Positions 1 through 11,820 of a DNA stretch of 64,000 nt are shown here, piece after piece. This DNA is from Pristiophorus japonicus (lineage: Eukaryota). The DNA lies in assembly GCF_044704955.1 (NCBI RefSeq), contig NC_091999.1, positions 50,282,001 to 50,346,000 of the forward strand. The letters are read 5' to 3'. The notes under the pieces were generated by a model, which was not told the origin of the DNA, ran no database searches, and was given only the letters and a program-made list of their open reading frames with translations. Both the position numbers and the translations under genes were made by a program. The number at the start of each line of letters is the position of its first letter. Position 1 is the first letter of the stretch.

Positions 1-649
1 TCTTGGTGTTCGCACCATCGCATACTGCTCAAACCTGCCAGTGACTCTCCATTTTATTGATGTTACAGGAGTTCTTTTAATTTACCACATCATTGTGTTC
101 AAATCCTTCATGGCTCGCTTCCCGTCTACATCCCCCTTTTATCGGCTATGCTTAGTGGTAATGGTCAGCAAGCAGCTCCTTTAATGGGAAGCTCCCTCAC
201 AGCTGCCAGAACAACATTAATTGTTTCCTTCACTGCTCTCCTTTTCAAATTGACACTGTTAAAGAGGTAACATAGACAGATGTTTGAGCGATAAGGGAAT
301 AAATGGTCATGGGGAGAGCGCAGGGATGTGGAGCTGAGTCCATGATCCGATCAGCCATGATCTTGTTGAATGTCGCAACAGGCTCAAGGAGCCAGGTGGC
401 CTAATCCTGCTTCTATTTCTTGTGTTCTTATCACATTTTCCACCTAGCTACATACGGAGATATTAGGGCAGATATTTAGGGGTGGAATTCCAGAGTTTAG
501 GGCCGAGGCAGATGAAGGCATGGCGGCCAATTTTGGAGCGATTAAATTGGGATTGCACAAGTGGCCAGAATTGTAGGAGCAGACAGGTCGTGGAAGGTTG
601 TCGGTTTCAACAGTCTGAAATTAATGCAATTGCATCTTAAACCTTTCCT

Positions 650-1100
650 TTCGTTATTAATTATAGGGATATGGATTTCACTGGCATGTCAGCATTTATT
701 GCCCGTCCCTTGGTTTCCCCTTGAGAAATTGCTGGTGAGCCATCTGCTTTTCGAACCACTGCAGTTCTGCTCCTTTCAAGTGTTTGATACAACTGGGGGT
801 GCATGCAGGGCCATTTCAAAGAGCTAATTCACGTTGAGTATGGGACTGGAGTCACATATAGGCCGGACGGGGTAAGGACGGATGATTTCTTTCACAGACG
901 GGATGTTCGTGTACCCGTTGTTTTTTTTTGCCAAAGCCGATCATTTCATGGTCACTTTTGCTGATACCAGCCTCTCATTTATTTTTTAAAAATCGGAATT
1001 TAAATTCCCAAACTACGCAGGTACCATTTTAATTCGTGCAATAAAATGCTTCGCCCAGGCGTCTGGATTACAAATGGAGTAACATAACGAAAACACCGCT
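650..1100 (-). mobile_element. Degenerate tRNA-derived SINE (shark HE1/V-SINE-like)
   Basis: Resembles a common shark SINE body read on the minus strand (CAGCATTTATTGCCCGTCCCT...CTGGAGTCACATATAGGCC...GTCTGGATTAC). A related, more decayed copy lies on + at about 1500-1780. Recognised from memory; boundaries approximate. Confidence 0.5.
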
Positions 1101-1789
1101 GCAACTTTTTTAAGGCGTAATGTTCTCTGCCTCAAACAGTGTTTGTGGCAAAATATCCCATGCTCCAACCAATCCTACGCTCGCGTCCATGCATATATTT
1201 TTCCGAGCTTCTGTCACTCTCTTGTTAATATGTTTAATTTGATGACCTTTCTTTACCGATTCCCACAAGCAGAGGAAGCAGTCTTTTCATCTTCTCTCTA
1301 GTAAAGCTACTTTACAACAAAAACTCGATTAGATCGCTTAGACTTATTAGCTTCAATCGAAATCTCAAGTCTAACATCATAAATGCAGTTACAATTGCTA
1401 GGTTCGTCTTTGTCCATATCAGCAGTTAAAGCTTCCAACTTTAATATGATTTCTATAATAGGACATCTTGCTCTACAGACATCAATCTTACAGTAGACCA
1501 ACCAGCCCAGCAGTAAGAGTACTAGACCAGTGACTCACAGTTAGTAAGTTCGAAGCTCCCCAAGCCGTGAAACTGATGTAAAATACAGCTGAAAATATGT
1601 GAGTTGCCAAAAGGAAAGTAGGAAGAAAGCTGACGGATGGTTGTTAAAAACCACAATTGGTTGAATAATATCTTTCATTGTAGGGAAACGGTTCCTCACT
1701 TAACCTGCTTCTCTGCTAATACACTCAGGGCGCCTGGGGATTGGCACGTAAAACCTCGCTGTAGTCATTCACCTCCCAGAAACAAAGAT

Positions 1790-2586
1790 AATTTTGAGGC
1801 CTAAAAATTTAGTTGTCCGAGTACAGCAATCACTAAAAGCTAGCGGACTGGACAGCTACACAAATTAGTTAAAAGACTAATGGTGGGCTGGCCTTTATCT
1901 CTAGGGGGCTGGAGTAAAGTGTGGTAGCAATTATGTTAAATCTGTATATATCACTGGTTGGATCCCATTTAGAGTTCGGGTTTCAGTACTGGGGATCACA
2001 CCTCAGGAAGATGGACTGAACTTTGAGGGGATTCAGCGCAGATTCACCAGGGTAAAATTATGAAGACAGTGTGCATAAACTAGGTTTCTATTCCCTTGAA
2101 TATGGAATATTACGGGGAAGTTTAATTGATGTGTTTAAGATGATGAAAGTATTTGATATTGTGGATAGAGCATGAAACATGCAAGAAGGAATGGCGCTGT
2201 TATCACTGAGATATTATATCGATGGATTTCTCTGCCACGGTGTTGTGGAGGCTGGGTTATTAATACATTCCAAAGCCTCAAAGCCTCCCCGATAAAGTGC
2301 AACATCCCCACTGACACCTAGGAGTCGCTGGCCCAAGACCACCCTGAGGGAAGGAAGTGTATTCGAGAGGGCGCTGAGCAACGCGGGTCTCAACGCCGAA
2401 AGCATGTAGAAATGAAGCGCAGACAGGAGAAAGAGCGTGCGGCAAAACAATCCCACGCATCCCTTCCCTCAACTACTATCTGTCCCACCTGTGACAGAGT
2501 CTGTGGCTCTCGTATGGACTGTTCAGCCACCAAAGAACTCACTTCCGGAGTGGAAGCAAGTCTTTCTCGATTCCAAGAGACTGCCT

Positions 2587-2617
<31 letters not shown>

Positions 2618-2783
2618 CATTTAACACAGATTTTGACAGATTTTTGATCGATAAGGAAATAAAAGGGTCAGGGGGAGCAGGCAGGGAGCTGAGTCCATGA
2701 TTAAATCAGCCATGATCTTATATATTGTGGAGTAGGCTTGTGGGGCCAGGTGGCCTCCTCCTGTTGCTATTTCTTATGTTCTT
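1790..2783 (+). mobile_element. CR1 LINE 3' fragment, interrupted by an RTE insertion
   Basis: Decayed CR1 ORF2 C-terminal sequence ending in the CR1 tail TTCTTATGTTCTT at about 2771-2783; split at 2270-2613. Confidence 0.7.
2270..2613 (+). mobile_element. RTE-clade LINE 3' end with (TGA)n tail
   Basis: Encodes the RTE C-terminus (...CNIPTDT.ESLAQD...KERAAKQSH..LPSTTICPTCDRVCGSR...) followed by a (GAT)n tail. Flanks ATACATT / ACACATT look like a target-site duplication. Confidence 0.75.
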
Positions 2784-2809
2784 GTGTAACTCCGTGCTTC
2801 GAATCCGAA

Positions 2810-3778
2810 GCTCCCCTGTTTACCCAGGCACCCAGAAGAGCAGATACAGGACATTGAAAAACTAACTCCTACAAGACGATAGAAACCTACTTCTGCCGAT
2901 GGCATCTCCGGCCAAACCGGCAAAAGATTGTCACCTCGGCATTCCGCTTTAACATCCATCAAGCATACCAAGCTTTGAAAGGCTCCTGATGTGGAATAGC
3001 GGTAAACGATGCCAAAAAACCCTCCTATTTAGGATTCACGCTGGATCACACGCTGTCATATAGACAACATCTCCAGTACGTTGGCAAGAAACTGAAGAGT
3101 AGAATGAACATGATCGAGAAACTCGCCGGATCCACATGAGGAGCATACCGTCAAGCCCTCCCCCTCCCCCCGTACTACAGCACTCGCACTGGTTTACTCT
3201 GCAGTGGAGTTCTGCTTTCCGGCTTGGATATCAATTTCGGTTGTTAAAACCGTTGATGTCCAGCTGAATTCTATTATGAGAATAATCACCGGTACGCTTT
3301 TATCGACACCAACACCTTGGCTCCCCGTGCTTACAAACATTGCACTACCACATACACGTCGCAAATAATTAGTCTCCAGAAAATACATGCTGATACAAAG
3401 ACATGATGATCCAGGCAGAATTGAACAATCTGCCACCAACACGTCTTAAATGTAGAATGCCATTTTGGGGCACTACCAAAGCCCCTCAACGATCTCCCCT
3501 CAGCCTTAACGACCGATGGCCAAATGCCTGGTAGAACTGAAATGGATTCCTTCAAGTAAACCCCACAGTACATCCTATAGAATCTGACCTTCATCACAAA
3601 GAGTGCGGGACCATTTAACTGCCTCAGAACTTGTCATGATAGATGCAACCACCATCAACATAGGAGAAATATTAATGCAACCCCATTAGGCCACAGTGGA
3701 GCTACAAAGTAGAAACAGGAGCACATCATTGAGTACTTGGAAACTGACATTTGACATGTGATACTACCAAACGAATTA
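2810..3778 (+). mobile_element. Non-LTR retrotransposon fragment, Vingi/Ingi-like RT C-terminus
   Basis: Manual translation gives YLGFTLDHTLSYRQHL..KLKSRMNMIEKLAGST*GA...ALALVYSAVEFCFPAW...DVQLNSIMRIITGTLLSTPTPWLPVLTNIALPHIRR, with stops and frameshifts. Confidence 0.65.
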
Positions 3779-3779
3779 G

Positions 3780-4503
3780 AGAAGGCATACGGAGAGAGAG
3801 AGAAGCAATGGGAAATCAGATAGAGAGACACTGCGACATTCAGAATTAGAGGGAAAACGATAGGTATTTAGACAGAGAGACACTGAGAGTCGAAAGGGAG
3901 AAAAACAGGAGTGATCAGATAGAGGGACACGGAGACAGTCAGACAGGGAGATGATCAGGCGTAGTCTGAGTGTAAGACATTGAGGCAATCTGACAGTGAG
4001 ACTGAAACAGTGGGTGATCATACAGAGAGAAACTGAGACAGTCAGACACAAACAGAAACAGGGTGTAATCAGAGAGCGAGAGACATTGCCATAGTCAGAC
4101 ACACAGAGAACAGGGATTAATCAGAGAGGGCAACAATGTGACAATCAGACAGATAGAGAGAGAGAGCAGAGTAATCAGATAGAGACACGCTGAGGCAGTT
4201 AGACTCAGAGAGCTAGTCGCAAAGAGTAATCAGATCGAGAGACACTGAAATAGCCAGACAGAGAGGGAGAAGCAGGGAGTATTGAGATCGAGATATACTG
4301 CTACAGTCATACAGAGATAGAAACAAGGGGCAATCATATAGAGACTCACTGAGACACAGTCGGACAGGGAGCGAGGGAGACGCAGGATGTATTCAGGAAG
4401 AGAGACATTGAGACATACAGAAAGAGAGAGAACGAGAGAGATAGAGTGAAATAGAAATAGAGAGAGAGAGAAAGAGAGAGAGAAATAGAGAGAGAGAGAG
4501 ATC

Positions 4504-4535
<32 letters not shown>

Positions 4536-4548
4536 GAGAGAGATAGGG
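3780..4548. repeat. GA-rich degenerate simple repeat running into an assembly gap
   Basis: (GA)n/GATA/GACA-rich low-complexity sequence; another tract at about 5760-6020. Confidence 0.85.
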
Positions 4549-4790
4549 NNNNNNNNNNNNNNNNNNNNNNNNNNNNNNNNNNNNNNNNNNNNNNNNNNNN
4601 NNNNNNNNNNNNNNNNNNNNNNNNNNNNNNNNNNNNNNNNNNNNNNNNNNNNNNNNNNNNNNNNNNNNNNNNNNNNNNNNNNNNNNNNNNNNNNNNNNNN
4701 NNNNNNNNNNNNNNNNNNNNNNNNNNNNNNNNNNNNNNNNNNNNNNNNNNNNNNNNNNNNNNNNNNNNNNNNNNNNNNNNNNNNNNNNNN
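4549..4790. other. Assembly gap (N run)
   Basis: Run of N. Confidence 1.
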
Positions 4791-6410
4791 ATTATCCAGA
4801 GGTAAAGAAATAGAGAGAGACAAAGAGAGACTGTAAGGGGACAAAATACCATCACTAAAGTGGGAGTGGACAGACGGACAGATGGTCACTAAAGTGCCTA
4901 CTGAAGGTAGTGAATTGATCTGACACATGGTCGAGATTTGTAGGCCTTATCAGTATTAGGAGGTTCTGAGGAATCAGGAGTTCCTCTGTCTTACGGTAGG
5001 GATTGTAATATATATTAAATTGACCGGTTGTATGAAAAACTCACTTATGTATGTACAGCACGCTTATACACTCGCTTTTTATGGGTTTTAAGTAGCGGAG
5101 ACAGCAAATTGTGCTTCACAGTAAAGCGTGATGAACCATTCGTTGTGTTAACCTTAATAAAGACTGAGGGAAACATACATTCAGTACAGCATAACACATC
5201 CATCAAGGTCAGTGGAGAATTAACAGTTTAGAAACAACAAGATTGGACAGCATCTCAATCTCATGGGATTCTGAAGGGAACTCAAACATTTTCACTAGAA
5301 TTCTCTTGGGAACAGGATATGAAAGTACGTATTTGGGAAAAAGATAGCAAATCCTGGGAAGCAATTTCAATTCAAACTTCATGAGGAATTGAGGCAAATT
5401 TGACACCACAGAATAACACATTCCAGAAGGGTGACATGTGATGCAAGATGGATAGGTGGCGAAGCACCACTCAGAGCCAGTCTGACAAGGGTCGACTCAT
5501 CAATGCAAGTTCGTTGATATCAGTAGGCCAATCGATGTTTTTTTTAAGAGGGGCGCACACCTCTAAAATTGAAGAAATGTATTTGCAAAACCTCTGTTCT
5601 GGGAAGGTCCATCCATGAAATCTTCCCCTGCATGCTTGAATAAAAACCGGTTGAAACGAAGTTTCATGTGAGTGATTCTGTGGTCGCTATTCGGGCGGGT
5701 GGGTGTCGATTGCTTATATCAGGGAGTCCACCTTGAGGAAGAGAAGTTTTCCTTCTACACCAACAGAGACAATGATACAAAGAGGTTGAGAGATACAGCG
5801 ACTGAGCAAGCGGTACAGGGAGCGAGAAAAAGAGATAGAGAAAGAGAGAGCGAGAGAGATACATAGCTAGATAGACTGATACAGAGATACAAAGAGAGAT
5901 AGAGATGGAAAGAGAGAGAGAGAGAGAGAAAGGGAAAGGTACACAGATAGAGAGACTGATACAGAGATAATGAGAGACAGAGAGAGATGTAAAGAGAGAC
6001 AGAGAGAGAGAGAGAGAGAGATTCGTGATTGTGTTTCTTGATAAAGATCTTCACTCCAACCTCAGTATCATGATTTCAATCTTGTCTTCTGACGCTGATT
6101 CGTCCTGTTTTTTTGCATGGACAATGAAAGGTTGACCATGTTATAAAACCCGTCAGCATCTGTCAGTATGTGCTAGAAGCTTTCGTTTCTACTTATGGTT
6201 TGCAGCGATCTGTTCCCCAGGTGCCATTCAGGTATTTGTTTCCAGTAGCTCTCCTGTTTACACTGAGGGTGGGCTTTGCGCAATGCATTGAGCTGTGTGT
6301 ATGTGTTACTGTCATTTATGAAATTGCACGTATGGGTTCAGCCTCCATTGCTTGAGTGTTGTTTATTCTGATAACATGATGCCTTTTACTTGCTAATGCT
6401 CCTTATCCAG

Positions 6411-6710
6411 TCCAGTGAGGAAATATTGTCCGTGTTTCAGGACCCACCGAGTATCATCTTGGGTGACGGGCAAAGTTTCACTTTGAAGTGTAATTATCCG
6501 ACATCACCTCCTCACCCTTCTTTTTTCTCATGCATTCAGCAGCCAGAGGCAAATCCGCAATAAATACTGCAAAGCTCGAGCCAGAAAAAAATTAACTGCC
6601 TTTGGGAAGTGTCTGCTCTAGTTACATTAGACAATGCCATAGGAACTGTTCATTTAACCATTCAATATTGCCAGGTGTCTGACAGCGTCATTTATTACTG
6701 TTCACTGGGT
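6411..6710 (+). pseudogene. TCR V-alpha/V-delta-like variable exon, pseudogene
   Basis: The frame from 6411 reads SSEEILSVFQDPPSIILGDGQSFTLKCNYPTSPPHPSFFSCIQQPEANPQ*ILQSSSQKK...LDNAIGTVHLTIQYCQVSDSVIYYCSLG. Both V-set cysteines are present (6489, 6699), with TLxCxY, a decayed WYxQxP..PQYIL (TAA at 6561) and DSxxYYC. Preceded by a pyrimidine tract and AG (6409-6410). A possible decayed leader lies at 6168-6231, after TATAAAA (6142). Confidence 0.75.
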
Positions 6711-7749
6711 ACAATGTGCTCTGTGCACAATGTGCATGGTTGAAAGCAGGCTTTTCCCATCTGTCAAGCTCCAACTTGACAGATCCTCCACATCTCAGCA
6801 GCCAGCACATTCGGATGGGCAAGATTGCGTTATTTATCCATATCTTGCCCAGTAAATGTCCTGAAAACTTGAACCTGATAAAAGCATTTGCATAGCCTTC
6901 TTTTAGAGGCATAGAGTTTTAAATCATAAAACTCATAGAAAAATAAAATTTTAAACACATTTTTTGTCAAAAGCCCTGCCCACTGAGGTAAGTTTATTTT
7001 AAACTGGAAATTAAAAAAAACTTTTAAAAATTTGGAAAGTTTTTTTTATTGGACAAAAATAGCTTTAATTTAAATAAATATTAAATATGTGGTGTATTTT
7101 CTATTTTTTTTCTTTTTGTTTTGATGTTTGGCGGGTGTGTTTCTCAATCATAATAATCGGAACTCCAACTCATGGAGTTCCCATTATTTTAAATGAGAAA
7201 ATATTGTATCGTGATTGGCTGCCCAGGGCCATGTGATTCCAGCTCAAGCTTCTGGACGTTAAGACGTGCACGCCTCCGTTGCACAGCGTGGAGGCCTCAA
7301 GGCCTGAATTGATGGTAGTCGCAGCATTTGAAGGTAGTTCTGCAACTTTTAAAATTTTTTAGTGAATCGCCTTCGGGAAGACCTCGACTGGGATTTCTAG
7401 ACCATTATTAAAAAAGAATGTGAAGATTGCAGTTGCGACTGTGTTTGCTGACAGAAATTTCGATGTACCACATGGTCGAGACCGTGCCTGTGATTGTATC
7501 AAAACCTAATGTGCAGCGTCAGGAAAACATTGTGCCAATTTGGAACAGTAAGAGGAGGGCAGACCTTCCAATGATGAAGTTTCTTCTTGAGAACTTAACT
7601 TTGGTATTTTTTGCCCAAGAGCGCACACTTTAATAGGTTTAAAGTCCATGTTAAGAAAATACAAAAAGGAATGTATTACACATTTGTTCGTGTTCCTTTG
7701 TGAACTTTGCTGACCTGACGATTTGCCAGATAATTTTGCATTATCCTTT

Positions 7750-8235
7750 GATTTCCTCAGGTTTAAAATGGAGTAGGGAGTGGCCTCGTGTCAGACCGAG
7801 AGATTAAAGCTTGAGTAGAGTGGGCCTATATTCTCTGGAGTTTAGAGGAATTAGGTGATCCCATTGAAATGGGGACAATTTTAAGAGGGCTTGGCAGTGT
7901 CGATGATAAGAGGATGATTACCCTCGCTGGAAATTCTAGAACGAGGGTTGATAGACCCAGCATAACCGGTCAGCCATTTAGGACTGAGATGAGGAGGGAT
8001 TACTTCACTCAGAGGATGGTGAATATTTTGAATTTTTATGTTCCCGGGGGCTGTGGAGGCTCAGTCGTAGTATATTCGAGACAGAGGTCAATAGATTTTT
8101 GGGCTCAAAACGAATATGGGGATGGGAAGTGGAGATGATGTACAAGTTCAGCCATGACCTTATTGACCAGCAAAGCAGGCTGGAAGGGCCACCTGAACTT
8201 CTCCTGCACATATTTCTTACGTTCTTATGTTCTTA
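7750..8235 (+). mobile_element. CR1 LINE 3' end
   Basis: ORF2 C-terminal motif (..SRTR....ITGQPFRTEMRRDYFTQRMVNILN) and a TTCTTACGTTCTTATGTTCTT tail. Confidence 0.75.
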
Positions 8236-8425
8236 AGAGGAAACTAGTCACGGACGAATGGGGCAGTCTTGAAGGGAGCGGTAGTGCAAAGCTGGCAATA
8301 GTGAATCGGCTGCACATTTTACAAGGCCTGCAAAGACCAATGTCATGACAGAATGTTAGACCGAAGAAAAGAAAGACACCAAGATATAATCCGAGTAGTA
8401 ATTGAAGCCGACTCTTAAAGCTTTC

Positions 8426-9333
8426 CTAGTTTACTAACTTTACAATTCGATTGCAAAAATATTTTGCCGCATGCTTTAACTCCTCCCTGAATTTTTTCTG
8501 AGTCACTGCATAAATAGACGTGTTGGTGCAGCAACTTAGGAGCTGGAGCATGTTTCCCCTTTCCTGGCGAATGAACCTGGGGTCATTGAAATGGGAACCT
8601 GCGAAATAAGATTCGTTTGTAATTTTCACGTACACGAAATCTACAACATACGTCATCCATAACAGGATAAAACTGCTCGAGATGGTGAAGAGTAAAATGA
8701 TGGACTTTCTGCGCCTCTCCATTTCTGGATCACTCTCATTCTTTCCATTGATGTGGGCCCGGAGCCTCCTGCGGGCTCTGTTGGCTCCTACAATGTCTCT
8801 GACGGTCACAGCATTCAGCAGCAAGATCAGGAAGAACGGGAGGCCTGGGTTTAAAAGACGAGCAAACCAATCATACGCTGTCCACGCGAGTGAAGTGTAG
8901 AAGCTTGATTTAATATTACAACACCAAGGGACCTTGTTGATTATAGAGAGTGGTTCGTATATAAAGTACCAGGGAATGCTTTTTAAACAGCTCAGTAAAC
9001 AGACCGTTCATATAACCACAGCCGCTGTTTTCTCGGTGCAATAATTTGTTTTCAGCTTCTGGCAACAAATGGCTACAAATCGATCAAAGGTGAAAGCGAC
9101 CGTTAACCAGACCGAACTCTCCGTGGCTGCATAAATTACCACAGTACTAAGAGTACACGCCGGGGTCAGGGACAAGAAATTAACTGGAAAATAAATGCCA
9201 CTATTCCGATTGAATATCACAGCTGTGATAACGACCAGAAGATCCGTCACCGCCATGGACACAAGGTACCGAGTGATACATCTGGAGAGACCGCACCTTC
9301 CTCGGGACAGGATCACAATTGCCACTAAATTAA
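8426..9333 (-). pseudogene. GPR139/GPR142-like class A GPCR, main coding exon with one in-frame stop
   Basis: The acceptor (TTCTTACTCTCAG on -) precedes VNLVAIVILSRGRCGLSRCITRYLVSMAVTDLL...SVWLTVAFTFDRFVAICCQKLK. TGA at 9008-9010, then the same frame continues (61 codons) into ORF 8824-8426 ...EMERRRKSIILLF...LQLLSCCTNTSIYAVTQKKFREEL. The short first coding exon was not confidently found. Confidence 0.9.
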
Positions 9334-9997
9334 CTGAGAGTAAGAAGAAAGTTAACATTGGGAAGCTACCAGTCAAAGTCTCAGCAAACACATAAGTGTG
9401 ACAGTTATGCTGTGACATTTTGAGACTTCATCCAAACACAGCAGAACACCGTTGACAAAATATACCCCAAAAAATATTAGTGCGTTTCCAGTGCCACCTG
9501 TATCTCGACATTACTCGCGATAATTAGTTTTATCTGTAGGATACAGTATAATATAACAGGAAAGTAGCTTAAAAATATAATCGTCAGTATTAATAAGTTT
9601 GTATTATGACAATGTATTATTTCATAGAGCCGACCACGGTTTAGATGTGGCCATTGGGATACTGCAAGATATTACTCAGTAAGCAGGAGGATTCATGTTA
9701 ATCCAATTTAAATGGCATCAAAGGGTATGTGTAAGATTTCTCGCTTGTTTGGAGCTAACACGCCTCCAAACTGTTCTAGATTCTGTTGACATCTGATCTT
9801 TATAACCAAACAAACTCGATATCTTCAACATAAACACAACTCTAACCCCAGCGAGACTGGAGTGTCTATGGTTCACACTTCCATTTACAGGTGATGTGGC
9901 ACATGACAACAGAAACACGACATGAGAATAATCTCAGAATTGATAGGTTCACAGCTACTGATCTCACATCTAGGTGTATAAATCGGCAAAAGCTCAC

Positions 9998-11820
9998 GGA
10001 GCGAAATTGCCCTGCACCCTGATTGGGGTTGATAACCAGCTGGGGTTGGGACGTCCTGCTCCCAGTGTGGAAGTCCCACCCCGATTGCTGAATTGTGCTT
10101 ATTGCCGCTCAAATGAAATGGAGTGCAAACTCGCGCATTCCACTTACTTTAGAGGCGGTACCAGCAGCGCTAACAGGGTGAGTATTGCAGTGCTACACAG
10201 ATGCTCCACATAACGCTGATGCGGTTTAATGCCCCTACCCTTCGCCTAAAGCGGACGGCCTCTGTGCACTTTGCAAACCTCTGGTGGTCTCCACTAAACC
10301 ACCAGGACAGCGTGGAACCGGCCCTGCAGCCCGGCACCCAAAAGAGAATAACGGGCTCCACGATGGTGGCTCGTACCATAAGAACATAACAACATAAAAA
10401 ATAGGAACAGAAGTAGGTTATACGGCCCCTCGAGCCTGCTTTGTCATTCAATAAGTTCATGGCTGATCTGATCATGGACTCAACTCCACATCCCCACCCG
10501 CTGCCCATAACCCCCTATCCCCTTATCGTTTAAGAAACTGTCTATTTCTGACTTTAAATTATTCAGTACCCCAGCTTCCACAGCTCTCTGAGGCAGCGAA
10601 GTCCATAGATTTACAACCCTCTGGAAGAATAAATTCCTCCTCATCTTTGTTTTAAATCGGCGGCCCCTTATTCTAAGATCATACCCCCTAGTTCAAGTCT
10701 CCCCCATCAGTGGAAACAGTCTCTCTGCATGCATTTTGTCAAACCCGCTCATAATCTTATACGTTTCGATAAGATCACCTCTCCTTCTTCTGAACTCCAT
10801 AGACTATAGTGCCAACCTTCTCAGCCTTTCCTCATAAATCAACTCCAGAATTCCCGGAAGCAACCTAGTGAACTTTCTCTGAACTGCCTGCAAAGCAATG
10901 ATACCGTTCCGTTTATATGGAAACCAAATCTGCACACATTATTCCAGGAGAGGCCTCACCAAAACTTTTTATAGCTGTAGCAAGCCTTCCCTGTTTTGAT
11001 ACTCCATCCCCTTTGCAATAAAGGCAAAGATACCATTGGCCTTACTGATCACTTGCTGCACCTGCGTACTATCCTTTTGTATTTCATGTACAATTACGCC
11101 CAGGTCCCGTGGACTGCGGCACTTTGCAATCTTTTGCCATTCAAATAATGACTTGCTCTTTGATTTTTTTCGGCCAAACCCTCTCACACTTTCGAACATT
11201 TTACTCCATCTGCCAAATGTTTTGTCCACTCACTTAGCCTTTCAATTTTCTTTGCAGATTTTTTGTGTCCCACTCACACATTTGTTTTCCTCCCATCTTT
11301 GTATCGTCAGCAAACGTGGCTACGTTACACTCAGTCCTTTCTTCCAAGTCATGAATATAGATTGTAAATAGTTGGGGTCCCAGCCTGATCCCTGCATCAC
11401 CCCACTAGTTACTGGTTGCCAACCAGAGAATGAACTATTCATCCCGACACTCTGTTCTCTGCTTGTTAGACAATCCTCTTCACATGTCACAACCAAGTGA
11501 ACTTTATCTTGTGCAGTACCTTTGACCATGCCAGAGGGGGACATGTAGAGCCAACCCGAGAGTCGGCAAAACGAGGAAGATGATGTCGCCGGGCTCTGGC
11601 GACATTAACTTTAACTTCTGGCTGCAGCGGATGTCAGAAGCTGGGGTTGGCACCCGCTCGCGCCAGCCTTGCGGGAAGCGTTCTCCAAATTCCCGTGCAA
11701 TTTAGCAAGAGCCAGGAGAGCCCCCCTCACCCCACCTCCACCCCTTGCCAAAATAGTATTTTGCCCCGTTGGCACCCCTGGAGGCACTAACGGGCCTCTA
11801 AAAATGGGCAATTTGGCCCC
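9998..11820. mobile_element. MITE-like non-autonomous element with terminal inverted repeats, split by a CR1
   Basis: Left end GGAGCGAAATTGCCC (9998-10012) and right end GGGCAATTTGGCCCC (11806-11820) match 13/15 as inverted repeats; the GC-rich interior is interrupted at about 10378-11523. Confidence 0.55.
10378..11523 (-). mobile_element. 5'-truncated CR1 LINE
   Basis: Tail CATAAGAACATAACAACATA at the left end; ORF remnants RDLGVIVH..QVQQVISKANG..AFIAKGMEY and FSGWQPVTSGVMQGS. Confidence 0.85.

Noticed and set aside
4230-4928. ORFs spanning N runs (also 28899-29354)
   Set aside because: Artefacts of assembly gaps and simple repeats.
5004-5196. Short solo LTR (TGTAAT...ATAACA with AATAAA)
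   Set aside because: No matching target-site duplication or second copy in the window.
6710-6765. Functional RSS after the TCR-like V
   Set aside because: Only heptamer-like TACAATG and CACAATG are present; the candidate nonamers (TTGAAAGCA, CCCATCTGT) are poor, so at most a decayed RSS.
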